A stretch of 64,000 nucleotides of DNA from a bacterium (GTDB lineage Bacteria; Patescibacteriota; Microgenomatia; Woykebacterales; RBG-16-39-9b): contig JAUYID010000009.1 of assembly GCA_030704665.1 (NCBI GenBank), positions 729,702 through 793,701 of the forward strand, in the 5' to 3' direction. A program made the position numbers and the translations under genes. The notes below the pieces were generated by a model. That model was given only the letters and a program-made list of their open reading frames with translations. It made no database searches and was not told where the DNA came from. Below are positions 1 to 10,021 of the stretch, one piece after another; the first letter of the stretch is position 1, and every line of letters begins with the position of its first letter.

Positions 1-21
1 AGATACATATATTATTAATTT

Positions 22-633
22 GTGAACCGAAAGCTTCTGTTCTTCTTGCCTATACTTCTTTTTCTTGTCGGGGTGGACGTTTGGGGCGGGGTAAATTTTA
101 TCAGTCGTAAAGCTTCCTCTACCACCGAAAGTGCAAAAAACAAGATCGCTTCAGCTGAGAGCACAAAAAGCAAAACCACTTCTTGGGCAACCTACAAAAA
201 CACTGTCGTCGGCTTTGAATTCAGTTATCTAAGTTCTTACAAAAAACCCAGAGTCCCAACTAACACTCCTCCATACGAAGCTGTAGCAACGGGCAAAGAG
301 GACAATGTTTCGGCTCTTCTCATTGGTGACGATGCAGAAAAAGGCTATGTGCTAAGTATTTTGCTCAGAGAAAAAAACTACTCATTAAATGATTATTTTA
401 CTGCTAGTCTCGCTCTAGTTGAGGAAAAAGGAAAAAGCTCCTTTAAAAAAACCAGTGTTACTATCGACGGGGTAGCCGGTTTAAAAGTAAGTTTGGTAGG
501 GAAAACAACAAACGTAATTTTTATGACAAAATCGCATTTTATCGAGCTACACAATCACACTCCCTTGCCAGAAGAATCTAACGAATCCGAATTTACTTCA
601 ATGATTAATAGCTTTAAATTCACTATAAAATAA
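22..633 (+). CDS. Secreted/membrane-anchored hypothetical protein (PsbP-like C-terminal domain possible)
   Basis: N-terminal hydrophobic signal; WATYKN..GFEFSY and VTIDGVAG..F..MINSFKF pattern typical of PsbP-like CPR proteins. Confidence 0.55.
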   Translation: MNRKLLFFLPILLFLVGVDVWGGVNFISRKASSTTESAKNKIASAESTKSKTTSWATYKNTVVGFEFSYLSSYKKPRVPTNTPPYEAVATGKEDNVSALLIGDDAEKGYVLSILLREKNYSLNDYFTASLALVEEKGKSSFKKTSVTIDGVAGLKVSLVGKTTNVIFMTKSHFIELHNHTPLPEESNESEFTSMINSFKFTIK

Positions 634-693
634 TGGTTTCAATCACCAGACCTGCATTGGGCCATAAAATGGTCATAGGACGGAAATAGCAAA

Positions 694-1923
694 ATGATTT
701 CAATAATTATCCCCGCCTACAATGAAGAAGACCGCATTGGTAACTCCCTTGAAAAACTAGCTGCTTTTTTGGAAAAAAGAAATGGTGATTTTGAAGTCAT
801 ACTAGTTGACGATGCTAGTACTGATAGAACCAGCGAAATTGCGCAGTCTTTTGCCAACAAAATCCCCAACTTTAAGGTTCTGAAGCTTGAGAAAAGTCCT
901 TTTGCGGGTAAAGGCTACGCAGTCAACAAAGGAATTTTAGCTTCTCAAGGAGAAATTGCAGTCTTTACGGATTCTGATTTTTCTACCCCAATTGAAGAAG
1001 TCGACAAACTCCTGAAAAAAATTAGTGATGAAGGCTTCGACATCGCCATTGGTTCTCGTGCCCTTGATCGCTCAACCGTACTGCAACATCAAGGCTTTCT
1101 GCGCGAACTCATGGGACGAAGTTTTAATATTCTGGTCCGTATTTTTACAGTCCGGGGAATAGTTGATACACAATGCGGCTTTAAAGCTTTCAAGATGAGC
1201 TCTTGTCGCGAAATTTTCGAGCAGGAAAAGATCTTTGATTTTGGCTTTGACGTAGAACTCCTCTTTGAAGCCCAGAAAACAAACCTAAAGATAGCTGAAG
1301 TGCCTGTCCTCTGGTTCAATGACAAAAGAAGCACGGTCAATCCGATCATTGACTCAACCAAAATGTTTCTGGATCTGATCAAAATCCGGATGTATCACGG
1401 TCGTCTCGATGGTTCTTTGGCTGATAAAATTTACTATTTAATCTATCACCACCGAACTTTTTGGCGCTTCTCCATCGTCGGAGTCAGCAACACGATCGTT
1501 GACTACGGACTCTTTTTTGTTTTAACCAAAAAACTGAGCCTAGATGCTTTGGTTGCGAACCCGATCAATGTCGAGGTGGCCATTCTCTGGAGTTTTTTCT
1601 GGAACAACCTTTGGACTTTTTCGGAGAGAAAGTCTCGTCAACCACTCTGGTCGCGTTTTCTGATTTTTCAACTTATTCAACTCGGTGGGCTTGCTCTGTC
1701 ACAAAACAGTTTACTGATTTTGCACAAATACTTCGGTTTGGGAGACTTACTTGCCAAAGCACTGACAATCCCCGTAGTCCTTGTCTTTAACTATGTTCTG
1801 AATAGTCGTTGGGCTTTTAGTGAGGAAAAGCGCAATCTTTTGAGCTGGTTTGCTTATTCTACTTTGATCGTCTTTCTCTTCTTTATCTATTTCTATTTGA
1901 ATCAGGGGAAGTTCGTACTTTGA
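694..1923 (+). CDS. GT2 polyprenol-phosphate glycosyltransferase (DPM/DPG synthase-like) fused to GtrA flippase-like domain
   Basis: SIIIPAYNEE, VDDASTD, GKGYAV, DSD, DTQCGFK, FDVELL motifs; C-terminal RFSIVGVSNTIVDY...NNLWTF GtrA pattern. Confidence 0.9.
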   Translation: MISIIIPAYNEEDRIGNSLEKLAAFLEKRNGDFEVILVDDASTDRTSEIAQSFANKIPNFKVLKLEKSPFAGKGYAVNKGILASQGEIAVFTDSDFSTPIEEVDKLLKKISDEGFDIAIGSRALDRSTVLQHQGFLRELMGRSFNILVRIFTVRGIVDTQCGFKAFKMSSCREIFEQEKIFDFGFDVELLFEAQKTNLKIAEVPVLWFNDKRSTVNPIIDSTKMFLDLIKIRMYHGRLDGSLADKIYYLIYHHRTFWRFSIVGVSNTIVDYGLFFVLTKKLSLDALVANPINVEVAILWSFFWNNLWTFSERKSRQPLWSRFLIFQLIQLGGLALSQNSLLILHKYFGLGDLLAKALTIPVVLVFNYVLNSRWAFSEEKRNLLSWFAYSTLIVFLFFIYFYLNQGKFVL

Positions 1924-3002
1924 AAAGCTTTTTTTCTTTTCTCCTGATTTCTATTTTCAGTATCCTTTTTAGTCTTAGTCTCTTTGCTTACGACTTGAAA
2001 TTAGTTTTCCTCAATCCAGAGACGATCAAGGAATCCTTGGTCAAAAACAATGCCTATGAAAGTGTCGTGACCAGCTTTTTGCCAACTGTAGTTTTACAAG
2101 CCCTGAAAAATAACGGTGCTGATTCTGAAAACGCAGGTACTTTAGCCCAAAAAGTCTCGATAAAATTGGTTGATCCAAAATCTCTACAGCAAGACACAGA
2201 AACAATTTTGGATCATTTACTTCCTTACCTTGATGGAAAAACTCAAACCCTAGCCTTTAGTCTTGATCTGACCAAATACAAAAAGACCTTGGAAAACAAC
2301 TTTGAAACTGCTTTTTTGGACTATTTTTCTTCTTTACCGCTTTGCGACCCGGGAGGGGAAAAACAAGAGTCAGAAGGTCTTCCTTCCTGTCGAGCTGAGG
2401 GCACGACCTTGGCTCAGCTTTACCAACAAATACCGGCTCAAGAAATAAGAGAAAGTTTGCTTGACCGCTTCCCGGCTGAAGTAAAAATTGACAACAACAA
2501 GGCTACTCTTGTTCCAAGTGAGACTACAAAGGGAGAAGCAGGCCATGTATCTCCAAATCCCTCACAGGATTTGAAATCTATAAAACTAAATTCAATTCGC
2601 GACGGGCTTGGAAAAGCAAATTTATTTATCTTGCTGGGGTTTTCCCTAAGTCTGCTTTCTCTTTGTTTGGTCGCCTTGCTTTGGTTGAAAAACTACCGTT
2701 CTAGCCTGCGCTGGATCAGTCGGGGTCTCTTTACTACTGCTTTTGTTCCCCTACTGATCTCTCTGGCAATTTTTTTGTTTTTGAGTAAAAATTTCCTCCT
2801 TTCAACAATTGATCGTTTCTTTGGCTTACCAGCAGGCATAGATATCGGCCCTCTGGTTGGGGTCGTTCTTTACCTCCTAAAAAGTTTTTCTTTCCTTCTC
2901 TTGCTAGAAGCGATTGTGATGATAGTAATATCAATTGGGATAACTCTCTTTTTAAAATTTTACCGCCCTAGCGGCAAATCTCTTCTTAGGAAAACCCCTT
3001 GA
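1920..3002 (+). CDS. Integral membrane protein with large extracytoplasmic domain
   Basis: N-terminal TM, soluble loop with a Cys pair, about 3 C-terminal TMs; overlaps upstream stop. Confidence 0.7.
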   Translation: MKSFFSFLLISIFSILFSLSLFAYDLKLVFLNPETIKESLVKNNAYESVVTSFLPTVVLQALKNNGADSENAGTLAQKVSIKLVDPKSLQQDTETILDHLLPYLDGKTQTLAFSLDLTKYKKTLENNFETAFLDYFSSLPLCDPGGEKQESEGLPSCRAEGTTLAQLYQQIPAQEIRESLLDRFPAEVKIDNNKATLVPSETTKGEAGHVSPNPSQDLKSIKLNSIRDGLGKANLFILLGFSLSLLSLCLVALLWLKNYRSSLRWISRGLFTTAFVPLLISLAIFLFLSKNFLLSTIDRFFGLPAGIDIGPLVGVVLYLLKSFSFLLLLEAIVMIVISIGITLFLKFYRPSGKSLLRKTP

Positions 3003-3110
3003 CTAGTGGATAAAAAAGGTCCGATAATAACTTTACTAACGTCTTTTGTTTAGCACAATTCAAGACGTTTTTTTCAAAATAGCTGCCTCTTGATTGGGGG
3101 TGAAAAAAAC

Positions 3111-3500
3111 TTGGAAGCACGTATTCTTAGAGCTGGTTTGGGAGCAGCGGTCTTTGGACTTCTGGTCAGTGGCGCTCTCGGAACTTCCGGTGGTTGGTCA
3201 CCAGTTCTTTCTCTGACCAACAATGTCCTCGGAGTTTGGATCATCGCCATAGTCCTGAGTATCTTCTTTGCCTATATCTTCACTTACTGGTTTGACGCTT
3301 TTTTGCCAGGAAGTGCGGTAGTAAGGGGAGCCATCTTTGGAGCTTTAATTTGGGTTCTTCTCCTGGTCCTTGGAGGAGTCTCGAACTTTTTCAAAGAGGC
3401 TGTTTATCCAGACCCAGCCGGAGCTAGTCTTTTCCTTAGTCTAGTTCTTCACTTGGCTTGGGGCTCGGTTTTATCTCTTCTTTACCAAAGTAAAGGTTAG
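3111..3500 (+). CDS. Small 4-TM membrane protein
   Basis: Four hydrophobic segments; TTG start after GGGGTGA SD-like sequence. Confidence 0.65.
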   Translation: MEARILRAGLGAAVFGLLVSGALGTSGGWSPVLSLTNNVLGVWIIAIVLSIFFAYIFTYWFDAFLPGSAVVRGAIFGALIWVLLLVLGGVSNFFKEAVYPDPAGASLFLSLVLHLAWGSVLSLLYQSKG

Positions 3501-4372
3501 GGTAGAACTGAAAGTGGGTTGATGTTTTGTCCGGACTGCGAAACCTCAAAGTGAAGATGTGGTCCTGTTGCCCAACCGCTAACACCAACCCAACCAATGA
3601 CAGTCTTGGCTTTGACTATTTGCCCAACTACAACGTTGGTGGAGCTCAGGTGAGCATACAGTGATTCAAAACCGTTGTGTTTGATGATCACATGATTGCC
3701 AAAACCACCATTGAAGTGATTCACTGAGCTCACCACCCCCTCCATAAAGGGGTGAATCGGTGTTCCATAACTAGCCGCAATATCTATCCCTGAGTGGGAA
3801 GAGGAAAAATAGGTGGTGATATAGCCTCTTGCGGGCCAGTGAAGAGATCTCGAAAGACCTTCTGGCAGACTCACTACGCCAGAAGAAAAGGAGGTGTTCG
3901 TGGGCGGCTTTATATTAGAAGCCTTTATTTCCGCTTCTGTCTCCACTTTGCTAACCAGAGTAGACGTTTGTGTTTCGACCACTTGAGGCGGGTAACTAGT
4001 CGAAGCCGCGTTGGTGTTGGGTGCAAAAAACAAAGTCGCCGGCGAAAGTAGGGAAATTGACAGTAAAACTACCCCAAGTGCCGAAAGCAAGGAAGGTACA
4101 AAGAACATTCTCGGAGAAAAATAGCTTGAAGTTTTGCTTGGAAAGTAAGGTCTCAATTTTTTGCTGGTAAGCAAATTTAGTTTAAAGTATTTGACCAATT
4201 CTGAGATTAGGTAGGGGAACAATTTCTTATCAATACCGAAAAACTTACTCTTTCGAGCTTGGTGAAAATCATGGAAGTAAACTACTTCCCTTGGTTTTAT
4301 TTCTTGGACTTGCGGACCTCTGGGGGCTTTTCCCCACAGAAATCCATTGTCCAAATAGTGTATTGAACTCAT
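3497..4372 (-). CDS. M23 family metallopeptidase (canonical motif order), membrane anchored
   Basis: HSGIDI ... LYAHL ... GWATGPHLHFEV motifs. Confidence 0.9.
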   Translation of the reverse strand: MSSIHYLDNGFLWGKAPRGPQVQEIKPREVVYFHDFHQARKSKFFGIDKKLFPYLISELVKYFKLNLLTSKKLRPYFPSKTSSYFSPRMFFVPSLLSALGVVLLSISLLSPATLFFAPNTNAASTSYPPQVVETQTSTLVSKVETEAEIKASNIKPPTNTSFSSGVVSLPEGLSRSLHWPARGYITTYFSSSHSGIDIAASYGTPIHPFMEGVVSSVNHFNGGFGNHVIIKHNGFESLYAHLSSTNVVVGQIVKAKTVIGWVGVSGWATGPHLHFEVSQSGQNINPLSVLP

Positions 4373-4485
4373 TGAGATTTTGCTTCGGGGGATTTCAGGT
4401 CAACAATCTATCACTTTTGAGTCTTTTTGTCAAAAATTTTTGAGAAATTCTAGATAAATTCACTTAAGCGTATATAATATTGAGT

Positions 4486-5565
4486 ATGGAAGAGTACAAA
4501 CAAAAAATAAAGCAGCTCACTAAACGGCTAGACAGTCTAATTTCGGGAGCGGTTTTGGCTGAAAAAAGAAAAGAAATTCTCTCTTTGGAAGCAAACACTC
4601 TCAAAAGTGATTTCTGGTCGGATACTCTCTCTGCCCAAGAAACGATGCGGCAACTGTCTGATTTAAAAACTGAGGTTGCTGACTTCGAAGATTTGAAAGA
4701 GACACTGACAACCTTGTCAGAACTAGCAGATTTGGAAACTTCAAATCAGGAAGAAACAATCGATTTCGAATCTGAAATTGAAAAGGTAGGAAAAAAACTA
4801 GACAAAATCGAAAGTCTTTCCTTTTTGTCTGGTCCCTATGACAAAGCAGACGCTCTTCTTTCAATCCATTCCGGTCAAGGCGGTACTGAGGCGATGGATT
4901 GGGCCGCTATGCTGCTGCGGATGTATCTGCGCTTTGCTGAAAGAAAGAGCTGGTCAAGCCATCTTATCGAAGAAACCAAAGGTGAGGAAGCCGGAATAAA
5001 ATCGGCAACGATTGAAATAAAAGGCAAACAAGCTTACGGTCTTTTGAAAAATGAAGCTGGAACTCACCGTTTAGTTCGGCAATCCCCTTTTAATGCTGAC
5101 GCCCTTCGCCAAACCTCTTTTACCCTTGTCGAAGTTTTACCTGTCATTGAACAAGCAGAAAAAACTTTACTTAATCCAGAGGAAATTGAAATGGAGGCTT
5201 TTCGCTCTTCTGGTCCGGGCGGGCAAAATGTTCAAAAGGTAAACACCGCCGTCAGACTACGTCACAAACCAACTGGTCTTGTCATCACAGCTCAATCGGA
5301 AAGAAGTCAGCTCCAAAACAAGGAAAATGCTCTTAAGCTCCTCACTGCCAAACTTTACGCTCTTGAAGAAGAAAAACGGGCCAAAGAGGAAAGACAGCTC
5401 AAAGGTCAGTTCAAAGTCGCAGGCTGGGGCAATCAAATTCGTTCTTATGTCCTTCACCCCTACAAACAAGTGAAAGATTTGCGTACTGGACTCGTCTCAA
5501 CTGACCCAAACCAAGTCCTGGACGGTCATTTGGAGCCGTTTATTGAGGCTGAATTGAGGCTCTAA
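4486..5565 (+). CDS. prfB: Peptide chain release factor 2
   Basis: GGTEAMDWA, RQSPF (SPF anticodon), GPGGQNV, WGNQIRSYVLHPY; single open frame. Confidence 0.97.
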   Translation: MEEYKQKIKQLTKRLDSLISGAVLAEKRKEILSLEANTLKSDFWSDTLSAQETMRQLSDLKTEVADFEDLKETLTTLSELADLETSNQEETIDFESEIEKVGKKLDKIESLSFLSGPYDKADALLSIHSGQGGTEAMDWAAMLLRMYLRFAERKSWSSHLIEETKGEEAGIKSATIEIKGKQAYGLLKNEAGTHRLVRQSPFNADALRQTSFTLVEVLPVIEQAEKTLLNPEEIEMEAFRSSGPGGQNVQKVNTAVRLRHKPTGLVITAQSERSQLQNKENALKLLTAKLYALEEEKRAKEERQLKGQFKVAGWGNQIRSYVLHPYKQVKDLRTGLVSTDPNQVLDGHLEPFIEAELRL

Positions 5566-5633
5566 CTCGAGAGAGCAGCCGCCAGTAAAGTTGCTTTTTG
5601 TGGCTAAATTTGCTATGGTGAAATCTCCAACTG

Positions 5634-6332
5634 ATGATTGTCTTCGATGAAGTCTCCAAGCAATATAATCTAACCAATGCCCTCTCGGATATAAATTTGG
5701 AAATTGAGGACGGAGAGTTCGTTTTTTTGATTGGTCCTTCCGGAGCAGGAAAATCTACTCTGCTCAAACTTTTGATTCGCGAAGAACTTCCTACTCAAGG
5801 ACAAATATTCGTTGGCGAATCCGAAATAACCTCCCTACCATCGAACCGCGTTCCTCATCTTCGTCGGGTCGTGGGAACAATTTTTCAAGATTTTAAACTT
5901 CTACCCCAAAGAACTGTTTTTGAAAATGTCGCCTTTCCTTTGGAAATAATCGGTCTTGCCGACGAAGAGGTCTCTCGTACTAGTCATGAGGCTCTTAAAC
6001 TAGTCAATTTGGCTAGCAAAGCCGAGCACTTTCCTTGGCAACTTTCCGGTGGTGAACAACAACGCACTGCTATTGCCCGCTCAATGGTCCAGAGACCTGA
6101 AGTACTTCTTGCTGATGAACCAACCGGCAACCTTGATCCTCAAAGTGCCTGGGAAGTGATGCAACTCCTCGCCAAGCTCAACAAACTAGGAACTACTATT
6201 GTCATGGCTACTCACAATCTTGATATTACGAGCAGTCTCCCGCACCGGATGCTTGAAATCCGTGAAGGCAAAATCGCCCGCGACACCAAACCGAAAAAGG
6301 AATCGAAAGAAACCAAGGAGGAGAAAAAATGA
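5634..6332 (+). CDS. ftsE: Cell division ABC ATPase FtsE
   Basis: [34 protein letters not shown]; upstream of ftsX. Confidence 0.93.
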   Translation: MIVFDEVSKQYNLTNALSDINLEIEDGEFVFLIGPSGAGKSTLLKLLIREELPTQGQIFVGESEITSLPSNRVPHLRRVVGTIFQDFKLLPQRTVFENVAFPLEIIGLADEEVSRTSHEALKLVNLASKAEHFPWQLSGGEQQRTAIARSMVQRPEVLLADEPTGNLDPQSAWEVMQLLAKLNKLGTTIVMATHNLDITSSLPHRMLEIREGKIARDTKPKKESKETKEEKK

Positions 6333-7210
6333 AAACTTTACAACGACTCTTTTCAACTACTTTTAAGAGAATAACGCGCAACCCCTACAATGCTGCGGGA
6401 GCCATAGCCGTCATGTTTCTCACTTTTTTGGTGGGCGGAAGCTTTGTCTTGATTAGCTTTGGCTCCAACAAAATTTTAAGTTACTATGAATCTAGACCTC
6501 AAGTAATTGCTTTTTTGAAAGATGACACTACTGATACCCAAGTTGAAGAAATTAAGGAAAGTTTAAACTCCACCGGAAAGGTATCTTCGGTAAATTACGT
6601 TTCCAAAGAAGCAGCGCTAGAAATTTATAAAAGCAGAAACAAATCTCAGCCAGAACTGACCGAATTTGTTACTGCTGATATTTTACCCTCTTCTTTGGAG
6701 ATCTCCACCAAAAACATTGAGGATCAAGATGAAGTCGCCAAAGCAGTTGCCGCCGAGCCTCAAGTTGAAGAAGTAGCTTTTCTGAAAGAATTGATCGACA
6801 ATCTTACTAAATGGACAAAAGCGATCCGTTTGGTCGGTATGAGCTCGATTGTTTTCTTGATGCTAACTTCTATTTTTGTCACTCTAGTGGTCATCGGACT
6901 GAATATTTCTCTCCACAAAGAAGAAATTGAGATCATGAAACTGGTCGGAGCAACTGAACGTTACATACGCACTCCTTTCCTCTTTGAAGGAGCTCTTTAT
7001 GGTTTGGTATCAGCTCTTTTATCTACTTTGGCGACCATTGGAGCAATGGTTTGGCTGAGTCCCTTTGTTTCGCGCTATCTGGGAGAGTTTTCTCTTGTTC
7101 CTGTTCCTTGGACCAACTACGCCTATCTCTTGGCAGCTGAGGCAGGGGTAGGAATCTTTGTTGGAACTCTTGGCTCCTACATTGCGACGAGAAAATACTT
7201 AAAAGTTTAG
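6329..7210 (+). CDS. ftsX: Cell division permease FtsX
   Basis: YVSKEAAL, EIEIMKLVGAT..YIRTPFLFEG; 4 TM. Confidence 0.92.
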   Translation: MKTLQRLFSTTFKRITRNPYNAAGAIAVMFLTFLVGGSFVLISFGSNKILSYYESRPQVIAFLKDDTTDTQVEEIKESLNSTGKVSSVNYVSKEAALEIYKSRNKSQPELTEFVTADILPSSLEISTKNIEDQDEVAKAVAAEPQVEEVAFLKELIDNLTKWTKAIRLVGMSSIVFLMLTSIFVTLVVIGLNISLHKEEIEIMKLVGATERYIRTPFLFEGALYGLVSALLSTLATIGAMVWLSPFVSRYLGEFSLVPVPWTNYAYLLAAEAGVGIFVGTLGSYIATRKYLKV

Positions 7211-7216
7211 ATCCTT

Positions 7217-8356
7217 ATGAAAAAAAGATTGTTCTTTCTGACAATCATCTCCCTTTTTATTCTCGGCCCCTGGATACAGGTACCCCTTTCTGCGGCCAGT
7301 CTTCCTCAAAACTCGGGTGGTTTGCTCGAGGACCTAAACAGTAATTTAAAAAGACAGGAACAGCTCAAGAAAAATATTAGTAACGCTCAAAATCAGGAAC
7401 GCAGTCTAGCCAACCAAATTTCTTATGCTAACAACCAAATTGAGCTAACCAACCTTCAAATCGAGGAAACTAACGATCGCCTCGATCTCTTGGCGGACAA
7501 AATTAAGAAGACCAAAAAGAAGCTGGCAAACGCGGTCAAAGACTACAACCACATGAACGATGTGGCTGACAGCCGAATCAGAAAGATTTACAAGGAAGGC
7601 TTCTCCGGACCACTTGATAATCTTCTAACTAGCGACAACGTCAACTATTTTCTCATCCGACAAAAGTATGCCGACGCCGTTCATCAATCAGACGTTAACT
7701 TGATGAACAACCTCAAAAAAGTACGTGACGGCATCAGTCAAGACAAAAAAGATCTGGACAAGCAAAAGTCTGACACCGAAAAGCTGAAAACCCAACTTGT
7801 TTCCCAGGAAAATTCTTTGTCGGATCAAAAATCCCAAAAGTCTTATCTGCTGAGAGTCACGAAAAACAACGAAATCACCTACCAAAGTCTGCTCGCTCAA
7901 GCCAAGGCTGAACAAGCTCAAATTCTGGTCGCTTTGGGTGGTGGCGGAGTCATCATTGGGGACGTCACCCGCGGTCAGATCATCGCCTTTCAAGGCAACT
8001 CAGGGTGTTCTAGTGGGTCCCACCTACACTTCGAATACCGTATTAATGGAAGAGCAGTTGATCCACTGCCTTATCTAAGAAGCGGTCAATTAGGTCAACC
8101 AGAAAGAGGTTACCAGATTAACCAATACTTTGGACAAAATGCAAACTGGGCCATCTATGGACCTGGAGGGCATCCAGCTATTGATATTAGCTCCGGATCT
8201 AATTCTCCAGTTTATGCGGCCAAAGCCGGCCAAGCTAGACTGATAGTTGATAGAAACAGTTACGGCTGCCCAGGAGCCTGGTGGCACCCACCGGCACGTG
8301 GGATTGTCATTGACCACTCAGACGGAAGCAAAACCCTATATTGGCACATTCGTTAG
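7217..8356 (+). CDS. FtsEX-associated coiled-coil murein hydrolase/activator (EnvC/PcsB-like) with permuted M23 domain
   Basis: Signal peptide, long coiled coil, then [13 protein letters not shown] followed by HPAIDI and LYWH. Confidence 0.85.
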   Translation: MKKRLFFLTIISLFILGPWIQVPLSAASLPQNSGGLLEDLNSNLKRQEQLKKNISNAQNQERSLANQISYANNQIELTNLQIEETNDRLDLLADKIKKTKKKLANAVKDYNHMNDVADSRIRKIYKEGFSGPLDNLLTSDNVNYFLIRQKYADAVHQSDVNLMNNLKKVRDGISQDKKDLDKQKSDTEKLKTQLVSQENSLSDQKSQKSYLLRVTKNNEITYQSLLAQAKAEQAQILVALGGGGVIIGDVTRGQIIAFQGNSGCSSGSHLHFEYRINGRAVDPLPYLRSGQLGQPERGYQINQYFGQNANWAIYGPGGHPAIDISSGSNSPVYAAKAGQARLIVDRNSYGCPGAWWHPPARGIVIDHSDGSKTLYWHIR

Positions 8357-8394
8357 AAAAACTTAGCTAACTTCAAAAAAACGGCACTTATCCC

Positions 8395-8423
8395 TTGACA
8401 ACAAGTAAATAGTATGCTATAGT
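8395..8423 (+). promoter_or_regulatory. Sigma70-type promoter for transposase, starting inside left TIR
   Basis: TTGACA-17 nt-TATAGT, ATG 7 nt after the -10 (leaderless-type). Confidence 0.7.
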
Positions 8424-8430
8424 GAGGCTA

Positions 8431-9330
8431 ATGAACACTAAGTTTAGCCTCAGACAATTTAAGAGAAAATATGGTACGCACGAACAATGCTTGGAAGCTA
8501 TTAAGAAGCTACGTTTCGCAGATGAAATGGATTGTCCAAAATGCAAAAGGCTTTCAGTTTTCTACAAAGTTTCAGACCGAACCGCTTATGCCTGTAAGTT
8601 CTGTGGCTACCAAATTTACCCATTAGCAGGAACTATTTTTGAGAAAACTACTACGCCACTTGATATGTGGTTCTTTGCAATGTACTTAATGGTACAAACC
8701 CGTTCTGGTTGTTCTGCTAAACAACTGGAAAGAATGCTCGAAGTTACTTACAAGACTGCTTGGAGAATGTTTAAGCAGATTAGAGCCTTAATGGCTGACA
8801 ATTCAGGTGAGCCGTTAGACGGAATTATTGAAATTGACGAAACCTTTGTGGGTGGTAAAGCAAAGAACAGGGCAAGAAAGTGGATACAGGGCGTTGAGGG
8901 CGAGGAAAAAGAGGTTGTTATGGGTATGGTGCAAAGAGAGGGTAAAATCTATCTCAAGCACGTTCCAAATACTGGCAAGTACACTTTGCTTCGCCAAATC
9001 AAAGACCACGTTAGCCCTAAAGCTACCATTTACACTGACCAGTACGGCTCGTACAAACAACTTAACCGCTTGGGCTACAACCACTCTTGGGTAAACCACA
9101 AAAAGACTTTCGTTTATGGTGACGTTTACACTCAAAATATCGAGAACTTTTGGTCTCACCTAAAGCGTGGAATTACTGGCGTGTACCGAGTGGTAAGCAA
9201 GAAGTACCTGCAAAGCTACGTTGATGAGTTTGGTTTCCGTTATTCTAACAGAAATGTAGGCGGCGGAATGTTTGATCTACTTTTGGCACAGGTTGCAGAG
9301 GTTAAGGTTTTGAAGATTTCTGAGGAGTAG
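8431..9330 (+). CDS. IS1595-family DDE transposase
   Basis: Zn ribbon CPKC..CKFC, AGTIFEKT, EIDETFVGG, IYTD, VNH, TQNIENFWSHLKR, YLQSYVDEFGFRY. Confidence 0.96.
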   Translation: MNTKFSLRQFKRKYGTHEQCLEAIKKLRFADEMDCPKCKRLSVFYKVSDRTAYACKFCGYQIYPLAGTIFEKTTTPLDMWFFAMYLMVQTRSGCSAKQLERMLEVTYKTAWRMFKQIRALMADNSGEPLDGIIEIDETFVGGKAKNRARKWIQGVEGEEKEVVMGMVQREGKIYLKHVPNTGKYTLLRQIKDHVSPKATIYTDQYGSYKQLNRLGYNHSWVNHKKTFVYGDVYTQNIENFWSHLKRGITGVYRVVSKKYLQSYVDEFGFRYSNRNVGGGMFDLLLAQVAEVKVLKISEE

Positions 9331-9436
9331 AGGCTTTTTTCAGAACTTTAAGGAAGTCTTTTTTTGCGTCTTCCCGACCACCTTGCTTAAGCCACTCTTT
9401 GAGTTTTATATCCTGGGAAAGAGGTTTTTTCTTCAC
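9302..9436 (-). CDS. Small basic 44-aa ORF convergent on transposase end
   Basis: GTG start, MKKKPLSQDIKLKEWLKQGGREDAKKDFLKVLKKASTPQKSSKP*; below ORF-track cutoff. Confidence 0.4.
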   Translation of the reverse strand: MKKKPLSQDIKLKEWLKQGGREDAKKDFLKVLKKASTPQKSSKP

Positions 9437-9448
9437 AACACAATTATA

Positions 9449-10021
9449 TCACTTAGGTGTCTGAATAGCAGAGGATGTGGCGGTGTTAATAAGGTAATTT
9501 CCCTTTGAATAAAAATTATTGAAATTTATACCGAAAAATATCAACCCAATAATTAAGAGTGTTAGCACTATATAAATAACTATTGAGCCCGCATTTTTAC
9601 CAGTTCTAAGAACAACGTGTAGAAGTAGAACAAAAAATGTAAGTAAACCAGCGGAAATTAAGGTTAAAGAAACAGCCGCTGAAAAAACAGTAACCTGCTT
9701 AAATAAAGAGAACTCTATAGATATAAAAGTGAAAAGGGCAACGAACAAACCCAACGTCTCTATAAGTTGTGTTCTATTCTCATCGAGTTTATCTTCCACT
9801 TTCTTTACTCTATCTTCCTGGCTGTTAAACTCCTTTAATATATCATTTTGTTTATCACTAAGAGTTTTTACTTCATTCTGAAGGGTTTTGGAAAATTCAT
9901 TTAGTGCTTCAATTTGGGGATAAGTTTCTACAATTTCTGGACTACCCGTAGTTGGGATTTTACTGCTTTCAGGCTTTGTTGTTTCTGGTATCGGTTCTGA
10001 TGGTTTTGGCATTTTAATCAA
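9449..10021 (-). CDS. IS passenger: coiled-coil plus 3-TM membrane protein
   Basis: N-terminal coiled coil, then IETLGLFVALFTFISIEF and two more TMs; AT-rich; inside TIRs. Confidence 0.75.
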   Translation of the reverse strand: MIKMPKPSEPIPETTKPESSKIPTTGSPEIVETYPQIEALNEFSKTLQNEVKTLSDKQNDILKEFNSQEDRVKKVEDKLDENRTQLIETLGLFVALFTFISIEFSLFKQVTVFSAAVSLTLISAGLLTFFVLLLHVVLRTGKNAGSIVIYIVLTLLIIGLIFFGINFNNFYSKGNYLINTATSSAIQTPK

